From an uncultured Cryomorphaceae bacterium (lineage in GTDB: Bacteria; Bacteroidota; Bacteroidia; Flavobacteriales_D; Cryomorphaceae), in NCBI GenBank assembly GCA_964635965.1, contig CAZWQX010000001.1, positions 18,014-82,013 of the forward strand: a stretch of 64,000 bases of DNA, written 5' to 3'. The position numbers and the translations under genes were made by a program. Position 1 is the stretch's first letter; each line of letters begins with the position of its first letter. A model generated the notes under the pieces. That model was given only the letters and a program-made list of their open reading frames with translations, had not been told where the DNA came from and did no database searches. Positions 56,365-64,000 of the stretch are shown here, piece by piece.

Positions 56365-59058
56365 ATGAAGACAAGATTTAGCGCAGTTGTATTCCTCATT
56401 CTGACTGCGATTACATTGAATGTGAAGGGGCAAATGAGTCATGTACCTGGAGAACTCCTCGTACAGATTCACGAAGGAGTTGATATCAATGAACTGGCTT
56501 CTGATTATTCGAGACCATGGAGTTTACAAGTGGATAAAATGATCGCATCCCCAATGCGGGTCTACAAGTTGCAGTTTGATTCTGAGACAGATGAAAATCT
56601 TTTGTTGAGGCAAATTCGACAAGACCAAAGGGTGAGCTTGGCTCAATTTAACCATTTCGTGACCAGGCGATGTGAAGAAATAAATGATCCACAATATACT
56701 GAGCAGTGGCATCACAACAATACAGGACAAAATGGAGGCATCGTCGATTCAGATATCGATACTGATTTAGCCTGGGGATTGACCACGGGCGGGACAACCG
56801 CGTTAGGAGATACAATTGTGGTTTGTGTAATTGAGGGTGGAAACCTTAATCACCCTGACCTGCAAGAGAACGCATGGAAAAACTACCAGGAAATTCCAAA
56901 TAATGGCATCGATGACGACAACAACGGATATAGCGATGATTACCTCGGATGGGATGTCCAATTGAATAGCGATGGTGGATCCGTGCTTCAAGGTAATCAC
57001 GGAACAAATGTGATGGGTATGATAGGTGCCCGAGGTGGAAATGGACAAAACGTCATTGGCGCCAACTGGGATGTAAAAATTATGTCCGTTTCGGGTGAGA
57101 ATATTTTCCAAGAGTCATCGGTGATTTCGGCCTATATGTATCCCTTGATCATGCGGATAAAATACAATGAGACTCAAGGTGATTCCGGTGCTTTTGTGGT
57201 AGCCACAAATGCTTCTTGGGGAATTGATGGTGGAAATCCTGATGATGTGCCTCTATGGAATGCCATGTATGACTCTCTGGGAGTGTACGGCATTTTGAAT
57301 TGTGGTGCAACCGCAAATAATAATGTAAACATCGATGTAGTAGGAGATATCCCAACGGCTCTTCCCAGTGACTACATGGTGAGCGTAACGGCAACTAATA
57401 GTTCTGATGTTCGAACTTTTTCGGCATTTGGCCAAGCAACCGTTGATCTCGGCGCCCCTGGACAAGCAGTGGTTACTACGAGTGGCAATGGTGGAATTAC
57501 CACCACGTCAGGAACTTCATTCGCCTCACCTTTGACTGCCGGCGTGATTGCGCTTCTCTATTCCGCACCAAGTGAAAGTTTTGCAACGTTTGTGAATGAA
57601 AACCCCCAAGGTGGAGCAGATTTTGTGAGGCAAGCGCTTTATGATGGTGTGGATGTTGTACCAAACTTGATTGACGAAACGGTGACCGGAGGTCGAATCA
57701 ATGCCTTTAACAGCCTGCTTGAAATTTTGGAAGAATTTGACTCAGATGAAGGAGTTTATGTTCCGGCGGGGAACTTCCAATCCGAATTAGTTGACGACAC
57801 CGTTTACACTTTCAACTGGTCAAACCCGAATGATGTCGAAGTCATCTTCCGGTACCGATTGCAAGGTGAAGCTGACTGGATTGTTGTCGAAAACATTGAG
57901 GGCAACGCGCTTACATTCGACACACTTTTATATTGTTCGACGTATGAATTTGAGTTGGGTACTGCTTATTGTGGAGTCGGGGAAGATTTTGAATTCATCG
58001 AAGGCACGGTTTTGACAACCCTCGGATGTTGCAAAGCTCCAGACGAGTTCGAAGTCACTACCGATCAAGAAACAGAAGTAAATCTTGAGTGGTCCACCGA
58101 TTTTGCAATCACGAGCTACGAAATTTACTATCGCGAATTAGGAGAATCGGACTGGATATTATTCAGCGATGAGCCCAATACTTATCCCCTTTCAGAAGAT
58201 GCAACTGTAGAAGGACTTCTTCCTTGCACGGAGTATGAGTTTTTAATTGCTCAAAGCTGTTTGGATGATATCGAAGAGGGGAACCTCTCTTTAGTAAGAA
58301 CCAAGGGCTGCGGAGCTTGTCTCGATTTCGATTATTGCCCGAATTTCTCCAACAATAGCTCTGAAGAGCATATCGAAAGTGTAGAAGTGGGTCCGTATGA
58401 ATTTGAGACAGGTAATAATGGCGGTTATGCACTTTTCGAAGATTTTGAGATTATTCTCGGAGCAGGTGAAACGTATGATGCGGTCGTAACCCCTGGTTTC
58501 CCGGGTCAATCTTTTCCAGAGTTCATCAAAATTTGGATCGATCTAAACCAGGATGGAATATTCTCCGAAAACGGCGAATTGTTATTGAGTTCAACTCAAG
58601 GATCTTCAGATCCTGTTGAAGGTCAGATTTCAATTCCTGCCGAAGCACCGCTAGGTGCTACCAGAATGAGGGTTGCGATGAAATATGTGGGAGGTTTCAT
58701 CCCGGATAATGTTGCAGCTTGTGAAAATTACCAATGGGGTGAAACAGAAGATTATTGTTTGACTATTGCAGATGTGACTTCAACCCAGGAAGAAAATGCA
58801 TTCACACAGTTCTCCCTTTTCCCAAATCCAACCGAATCTTTAGTGAACATCAGTTTCAGATTAAACAGAACACTCACGTTTGAAGGAGCTGTATTTTCTA
58901 TGTTCGATATTTCGGGAAAACTCGTAATGCAAGAGAATCTGTCGGAAGGAAACTCAACCCTGGATGTCAGTCGATTTGAAAATGGGCTCTATTTGTATGA
59001 GCTTAGAACAGCTGATGGTGCTGCATTGAAAACCGGGAAATTGGTTGTTGGCCGCTAA
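56365..59058 (+). CDS. S8 subtilase with FN3-like, GEVED and T9SS type A sorting domains
   Basis: HGTNVMG, NASWG, GTSFASP, GETEDY, LFPNPT...GLYLY..KTGKLVV; start set at ATG 56365. Confidence 0.9.
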   Translation: MKTRFSAVVFLILTAITLNVKGQMSHVPGELLVQIHEGVDINELASDYSRPWSLQVDKMIASPMRVYKLQFDSETDENLLLRQIRQDQRVSLAQFNHFVTRRCEEINDPQYTEQWHHNNTGQNGGIVDSDIDTDLAWGLTTGGTTALGDTIVVCVIEGGNLNHPDLQENAWKNYQEIPNNGIDDDNNGYSDDYLGWDVQLNSDGGSVLQGNHGTNVMGMIGARGGNGQNVIGANWDVKIMSVSGENIFQESSVISAYMYPLIMRIKYNETQGDSGAFVVATNASWGIDGGNPDDVPLWNAMYDSLGVYGILNCGATANNNVNIDVVGDIPTALPSDYMVSVTATNSSDVRTFSAFGQATVDLGAPGQAVVTTSGNGGITTTSGTSFASPLTAGVIALLYSAPSESFATFVNENPQGGADFVRQALYDGVDVVPNLIDETVTGGRINAFNSLLEILEEFDSDEGVYVPAGNFQSELVDDTVYTFNWSNPNDVEVIFRYRLQGEADWIVVENIEGNALTFDTLLYCSTYEFELGTAYCGVGEDFEFIEGTVLTTLGCCKAPDEFEVTTDQETEVNLEWSTDFAITSYEIYYRELGESDWILFSDEPNTYPLSEDATVEGLLPCTEYEFLIAQSCLDDIEEGNLSLVRTKGCGACLDFDYCPNFSNNSSEEHIESVEVGPYEFETGNNGGYALFEDFEIILGAGETYDAVVTPGFPGQSFPEFIKIWIDLNQDGIFSENGELLLSSTQGSSDPVEGQISIPAEAPLGATRMRVAMKYVGGFIPDNVAACENYQWGETEDYCLTIADVTSTQEENAFTQFSLFPNPTESLVNISFRLNRTLTFEGAVFSMFDISGKLVMQENLSEGNSTLDVSRFENGLYLYELRTADGAALKTGKLVVGR

Positions 59059-60170
59059 CGAGCTACTGATTTTTTAGGCAAGGCATTAATAAGCGCTTCG
59101 AGGTTTTCTTTGAAGCGCTTTTTTGTTAGTCTTTTTCCAATATGTTTTCGTGAATTTGGAAGAGCGCCATTTTGCAAGTGTAAGGTCATTAAGTCGTCGT
59201 CTGATAAAGAGGATCCGTTTCCATATTCGACTGAGTATTTGCCATTATCAAAAAGCTCATTCCCAATCAGGCATTTCCTCGATATGGGTAATATTCCTGA
59301 AAGCAATGTGCGGTAAGCCACCCCAAGAAATGGTTCAAGTTCGGGATCGACCATGCAGGCGTCCAACCCCATGTAAAATTGAGGATCATATACCTGATAA
59401 GACGAAATAACAATTCTATGCTCATCAACAAAAAGGTCAGGTATCTTTTCCTTGAGGTAGTCTATGCTCCCCGCTGATCCGTTCAAACTCAGTCTTACAT
59501 CAGAGTGAACTTTCAACAACTCAGTTAAGACCTTACCCGTTGTTTCAATGAACCCTACCTCGTCAGGTACATGCCAACCGATTATTTTAGGGTCTGAATC
59601 ATTGGGAAACAATTGCGTTTTCGCCTTATGTCTCTCTTCATCAGAAAAATCAAATTGCTTTCGAGAAATAGGAATGGGAATGACGTGTACCTTACTGTGA
59701 TCCAAATTTGTGCCTCTTTTGACATCGGTTGCCGTATGGTTTAAAGGGGTTAGCCAAGCATCAATCTGATTGAATCTAAACGTATGAAGGAAGTCTCTTT
59801 TCATTTCGGCCAAAGGCCTGTCCTGAATGTAGATTAACCGGAGTCTTCCCTTCATCAAAAACTTGGTAGTAACCAACAGACCCGTTTCTTTGTGATCTCG
59901 AAAAATCAACGTAGAAATCCCCTCCTCTCTCAAGGTATTAGCAAATCTTAAAGAAGCATTAAAGTCGTTTCTAACACTGCTTTTACCTAATCCAATACGA
60001 TGCAGTCCTGAATGCTTTGCCTTTTTATAAGGTTCTCCTTTCTTTCTACCAATCAAAACGAATTCCAGCGAATCTTTTGAAAGCATCTGCCCTGTCAAAA
60101 GCATCTCCCGCTTGACAACGTCATAGTGTTTATCCCCAATAAACAATCCTATTTTGAGCCCTTTCTTCAC
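59055..60170 (-). CDS. Divergent GT-B fold glycosyltransferase-like protein
   Basis: KVHVIPIPI, IIGW, FYMGLDACM...EPFLG...SGILPI resemble a degenerate GT4. Confidence 0.5.
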   Translation of the reverse strand: MKKGLKIGLFIGDKHYDVVKREMLLTGQMLSKDSLEFVLIGRKKGEPYKKAKHSGLHRIGLGKSSVRNDFNASLRFANTLREEGISTLIFRDHKETGLLVTTKFLMKGRLRLIYIQDRPLAEMKRDFLHTFRFNQIDAWLTPLNHTATDVKRGTNLDHSKVHVIPIPISRKQFDFSDEERHKAKTQLFPNDSDPKIIGWHVPDEVGFIETTGKVLTELLKVHSDVRLSLNGSAGSIDYLKEKIPDLFVDEHRIVISSYQVYDPQFYMGLDACMVDPELEPFLGVAYRTLLSGILPISRKCLIGNELFDNGKYSVEYGNGSSLSDDDLMTLHLQNGALPNSRKHIGKRLTKKRFKENLEALINALPKKSVAR

Positions 60171-60194
60171 ATATTAAATGTAAGGAATACAGAA

Positions 60195-61733
60195 CTAGTT
60201 TGCACCATTCCTATACGCTGAAAACAGTGATGTGAAAAAGGCAATAAAGGTCACCCCGGCTTGAGTCTCAAGGGTATCCTCTGTCATAAAAGACAACGCA
60301 GCGACACAGAAAAAAAAGAAAAAACCAGGGTGCTTTACTGATCTGTGAAGAACGATTCCTAAACCGGCAAAAAAATAAATAAGACCAACTATCCCGAAGG
60401 TCACGAAAAAGGTGATATACTGATTATGAGCCCTTAGCCTATACCTGGGATCAATATCAATAGGGTACTCCTCATATGCTTTTAAGAAAACATCTTTGAC
60501 ATCCCCTGTTCCTGTTCCGAATAACCAGTAGTCCTTGGCTATCGACAATCCAATATTCCAATAAACCACTCGCTGGAAAAACGAAGACCCTTGGACTTCT
60601 CCTGAGCTGAAAAACATATGAGCTCCGTGCAGGAAGGAGTGAATTCGAAGAGGCAATCCATAACTTTCCGCGTAAATCGCTGCCGGAAAACCTGATTCTA
60701 TTCGCTCAATATCCTCATCATTTAATGAATTAACACCAACACTATCTTTTGTCAATCCCTTCGACGTGAGGTACCTAACCAAACAATCAATAGTTGGAAT
60801 ATTTATCATCGGATCGTAACCGATCTTAGAATCGCTCCGTTTATTCCACTCCCTGGCCAATTCAAGCTCACAGATATTGGAGTATACCATATTCCCGTTT
60901 TCGATTTGATCAGTTGAATAATGATTAAATGGATTTCCTGCTTCAGTGACAGGTAATTTGGGAATTGCGTCATCCGATAGGATGAAATAGTCGTCGTAGG
61001 TTCCTTTTAAATAGAAGAATAATACCACGGGAATAATAGAAAAAACCGAGATTGAGGCGATGCGTTTTGATCCTTTCACTCCCGTCAAAAAATAAGAGGT
61101 AAGAACGATTATAACCGAAATAATGAGTGTAATAAATGCTGTCAGCGCCTGAAGTATGTAGAGAAAGATCAGAACATTTACCACGGTCACGATTATGATG
61201 GTCTTCCATCCTTTAGAAACATTCTTATATATCCAAAGCATCAATCCCAAGAGGGTGATCATCATTAGTCCCAATCGAATATGCGAGATATCAGGAACAA
61301 TAATTCTCGGCGAAATATCAGCCCCATCGAGGGTGAAATAATTAAAATACCCAACCAGGATAGCTATCCAAACCCCAACTCCTAATGAGAGAATCACGAT
61401 TTTTAACTCCTGGAATTTGAGTGGGTAAACGCCTAATGAGATTGCCAAAACCAAAAGCGGAAGCTTTATTCTCAAATCTTTGAAGGCATACTCAAAGTTT
61501 TGCGTATTGATCAGCCAAATTACATGAAGAAGAAAGAGGCCAACAAGCCAGAGTGCGGGTTCGGAAGACCGAAGACCTGACAGTCTCGCTTTGATCTTGA
61601 ATTCAACCAAAAAAAGAATGAGCAACAGGATGGTACCTATGCTCATCAATAAGTTTAAATTCGGCATTCCCGCCGCTAATATGCAAGTTGCCGAAAGCCT
61701 TAGTTTTCGGATGGTCTGTTCCCTCGCGATCAA
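60195..61733 (-). CDS. O-antigen ligase-like (Wzy_C) membrane protein
   Basis: Many TMs; SHIRLG; QRVVYW...FGTGTGD...RAHNQY. Confidence 0.82.
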   Translation of the reverse strand: MIAREQTIRKLRLSATCILAAGMPNLNLLMSIGTILLLILFLVEFKIKARLSGLRSSEPALWLVGLFLLHVIWLINTQNFEYAFKDLRIKLPLLVLAISLGVYPLKFQELKIVILSLGVGVWIAILVGYFNYFTLDGADISPRIIVPDISHIRLGLMMITLLGLMLWIYKNVSKGWKTIIIVTVVNVLIFLYILQALTAFITLIISVIIVLTSYFLTGVKGSKRIASISVFSIIPVVLFFYLKGTYDDYFILSDDAIPKLPVTEAGNPFNHYSTDQIENGNMVYSNICELELAREWNKRSDSKIGYDPMINIPTIDCLVRYLTSKGLTKDSVGVNSLNDEDIERIESGFPAAIYAESYGLPLRIHSFLHGAHMFFSSGEVQGSSFFQRVVYWNIGLSIAKDYWLFGTGTGDVKDVFLKAYEEYPIDIDPRYRLRAHNQYITFFVTFGIVGLIYFFAGLGIVLHRSVKHPGFFFFFCVAALSFMTEDTLETQAGVTFIAFFTSLFSAYRNGAN

Positions 61734-61737
61734 TCAA

Positions 61738-63390
61738 TCAAGGTGTAAGAATGGAACGATAGGATTGTCCATCTTGATGAATTTCCAATGCGGCCTCAAT
61801 AGCGGGATCGTCTGCCAGTGTATTTTCAATTCTTCCGCGTTGAAAGTGATACCTCGAAACAATCTCATTTTCCAGAATCGGTTTAATGTCGTCTTGAAAA
61901 ATTTGAAGATCATCACTCTTATGTGAAGTAATTGCCGTCTCCAAAGTTTCAAAAGCCTGCTGACTCAGACCGTAGTATTTTTCATCCTTTGCAATGGAAA
62001 CAAGTTGTTCAAATTCCTTTTCTGTATCTGTGGTATAGGAGTAATTCTTATCATCAAGAAACTCTACAAATTCCATATAATCTTTTTCGGACAGCCTAAA
62101 CTCAGCCGCCGAGCCAATGCCCTCGTGACTCCTGGCAAATTCATTCGCATACTTGAAGAAGAGATTCTCTGTGAGCAAACTAACGATGATATGGGGAATC
62201 TCGTCGTTTCTAACTTTGACATCAGGTTCTATACCTCTTCCATCAATCACCTCCCTTCCATTTGCAGTTTTGAATTTTTTCAAAAGAGAATCGGGAACTT
62301 CATCGGCAATTCCATTTTCGTTTTTATGCGAATAGTCGAGTTTTTGGATCAATCTGCCACTTGGGATATAATACTTTGCGACGGTAAGTTTCAATTTGCT
62401 GTTGTACTGCAAATCTTTCGTTTGCTGCACAAGCCCTTTGCCAAAAGTTGTATTTCCAATGATTACCCCTCTATCGAGATCTTGCATGCAGCCGGCAACA
62501 ATTTCAGAGGCGGAAGCGCTTCCTTGATCTACGAGAATCACCAAAGGAATCTCCAGATCTAAAGGATCATTAAGCGCAATATGTGTCTGATCCCATTCCG
62601 AAATTTTCCCTTTTGTCCTTACCACTTCTTGTCCTTTCGGAACAAAAAAGTTCACAATGTTTACCGCCTCACGGAGGAGTCCTCCTCCGTTTCCTCTCAG
62701 ATCAAAAATTAATTTCTTCATCCCCTGCTCTTCCTTTAAATCCTTAAAGGCTGCCTTTACTTCTTTGCTTGCCGTTTGAGTAAAGCTGTTCAAACTAATG
62801 TAACCAACTTCTTCATTCAGCATGCCATAATAAGGCACATCGGGAATCTTAATATCCTCTCGGACTATTTCAACCTGACCAACCTCGCCATACCGCTCAT
62901 ATTCTACGGTTAAAGAAGTTCCTGACTGTCCTTTTAACAACGTGCTGATTTGTTCTTGGTCTTTGCCCTCAACTTCAATACCATCGACCTTTAACAATTG
63001 GTCACCTGCAATCAACCCTGCCTTTTGGGCAGGAGATCCCTCGTAAGGCTCGGATATATAAACGCCTCCATCAACGGATCTAATCAAGCTTCCTATCCCG
63101 CCATACTGACCTGTAGTCATAAAGCGGTAATCTTCAATGTTACTCTCCGTTATGTAGTTCGTGTAAGGATCAAGAGATTCTAACATCGCATCGATACCCG
63201 TTTTCATTAGCTCTCCGGGCTTTGTTTCATCCACATAGTAGATATTAAGCTCCTTGTAAAGAGTTGCGAAAATTTCAAGATTCTTTGAAACTTCGAAGAA
63301 ATTGTCACCTGGTGAAACAGCTCTAAATCCTAGAAATGCTACCGCCACAATCGCCACGGGGATAAGGATTCTTTTGATTCTCATTTTCAT
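61738..63390 (-). CDS. S41 carboxy-terminal processing protease
   Basis: LDPYT, PDZ GSPAQKAG, DLRGNGGG, SASASEI, TFGKGLVQ, GIEPD. Confidence 0.94.
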   Translation of the reverse strand: MKMRIKRILIPVAIVAVAFLGFRAVSPGDNFFEVSKNLEIFATLYKELNIYYVDETKPGELMKTGIDAMLESLDPYTNYITESNIEDYRFMTTGQYGGIGSLIRSVDGGVYISEPYEGSPAQKAGLIAGDQLLKVDGIEVEGKDQEQISTLLKGQSGTSLTVEYERYGEVGQVEIVREDIKIPDVPYYGMLNEEVGYISLNSFTQTASKEVKAAFKDLKEEQGMKKLIFDLRGNGGGLLREAVNIVNFFVPKGQEVVRTKGKISEWDQTHIALNDPLDLEIPLVILVDQGSASASEIVAGCMQDLDRGVIIGNTTFGKGLVQQTKDLQYNSKLKLTVAKYYIPSGRLIQKLDYSHKNENGIADEVPDSLLKKFKTANGREVIDGRGIEPDVKVRNDEIPHIIVSLLTENLFFKYANEFARSHEGIGSAAEFRLSEKDYMEFVEFLDDKNYSYTTDTEKEFEQLVSIAKDEKYYGLSQQAFETLETAITSHKSDDLQIFQDDIKPILENEIVSRYHFQRGRIENTLADDPAIEAALEIHQDGQSYRSILTP

Positions 63391-63460
63391 TTAAATCCGT
63401 TTAATCTTTAAAGTTAGTATAGTTAACGAAGAAAGAACAGGCTTGAAACCCGAAGCCATA

Positions 63461-63850
63461 CTAATTCTTGTTAATCTGCGGCCATTGTTTCTCTATCCAA
63501 TCTTTGAATGATTTCTCGAGTAAATGGTATTGAGGAATCCCTTGACCCATATATAAAACGGCTAGGAGCACTCTTTTATTGGAATGAGACTGATATTGCT
63601 GAACCATTTCATTTTTGTTCAGCCTAATCACTTCTCTCAGTCTGCGTTTAACCTTATTTCGATCAACCGCTTTCTTCACCGACCTCTTCGGAACGATAAC
63701 CAAAAACTTTGCCTTGGGCCAATCAGAAGAATCTACTTCGAGCATACGAAACTTCAGTATGCCTTGTGAGGAGAATTTTCCCGTACGGAAAAGCTCGTCC
63801 ACTTCTCTCTTGGAGCAAATTCTTTCTGCTTTGGTAAATCGGTTTGACAT
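63461..63850 (-). CDS. rnpA: Ribonuclease P protein component
   Basis: F.KAERI, VPKR..KKAVDRNKVKRRLREVIRLNK; true start at ATG 63850. Confidence 0.93.
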   Translation of the reverse strand: MSNRFTKAERICSKREVDELFRTGKFSSQGILKFRMLEVDSSDWPKAKFLVIVPKRSVKKAVDRNKVKRRLREVIRLNKNEMVQQYQSHSNKRVLLAVLYMGQGIPQYHLLEKSFKDWIEKQWPQINKN

Positions 63851-63859
63851 AGAAACAAC

Positions 63860-63890
63860 AAAAAAAGGCAACCGAAAAGGTCGCCTTTTT
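63860..63890 (-). terminator. Intrinsic terminator after hemD
   Basis: Minus strand GGCGACC-TTTTC-GGTTGCC followed by T7. Confidence 0.8.
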
Positions 63891-63908
63891 CCAAGTATTG
63901 TAAAAAAA

Positions 63909-64000
63909 CTATTTAGCCTTTTTGATGTAATTCTCGATGGCCATTGACATTGACGGTAGTCCCGGTGCGGGAGCATGCACGTTCAAGTTTAATCCCGCCT
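63909..64000 (-). CDS. hemD: 3' end of probable uroporphyrinogen-III synthase (partial)
   Basis: Manual translation ...AGLNLNVHAPAPGLPSMSMAIENYIKKAK* resembles the Bacteroidota HemD C-terminus; upstream of rnpA. Confidence 0.6.
   Translation of the reverse strand, partial: AGLNLNVHAPAPGLPSMSMAIENYIKKAK

Noticed and set aside
806-63947. Many 60-190 aa ORFs antisense to or nested in long genes (e.g. 5851-6132, 17804-18286, 43069-43650, 51065-51547, 62005-62562)
   Set aside because: They fully overlap well-supported genes and show no recognisable motifs or start context; they are shadow ORFs.

Overview
Compact, ordinary-looking chromosome segment of a Bacteroidota bacterium. The evidence is a T9SS PorP plus type A and type B CTD cargo, TAnnTTTG promoters, a fused MurF/Alr and a long IspG; it is most likely a Flavobacteriales/Cryomorphaceae-like aquatic heterotroph (inference). 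Most of the window is housekeeping: metG, leuS, ispG, ispD, ftsX, uppP, truB, queA, rlmN, dnaG, recJ, rsmI, tdk, murF/alr, rnpA and several peptidases. I found no integrase, transposase, CRISPR array or rRNA. Two loci stand out. (1) 2293-5301 is a three-gene cluster: a fused phytol-kinase-like/DUF92 (VTE5+VTE6-like) protein, an unusual SAM methyltransferase and a homogentisate phytyltransferase. This looks like the front half of a tocopherol/plastoquinol-type pathway in an apparent non-phototroph. (2) 45460-46182 is a 115-nt tRNA-like RNA (Asp GTC anticodon, U1-A72, class II D-arm, 46-nt variable region) divergent from a close AsnC homologue, in the position asnA holds in E. coli. Smaller oddities: a 5-codon deletion of the GD motif in the polyprenyl synthase, a Glu-His-Ser subtilase, a lipoprotein with ten Cys/Asp repeats, a duplicated kinase sensor domain and LeuS insertions. 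All family assignments come from motifs recognised by eye; no database search was run.
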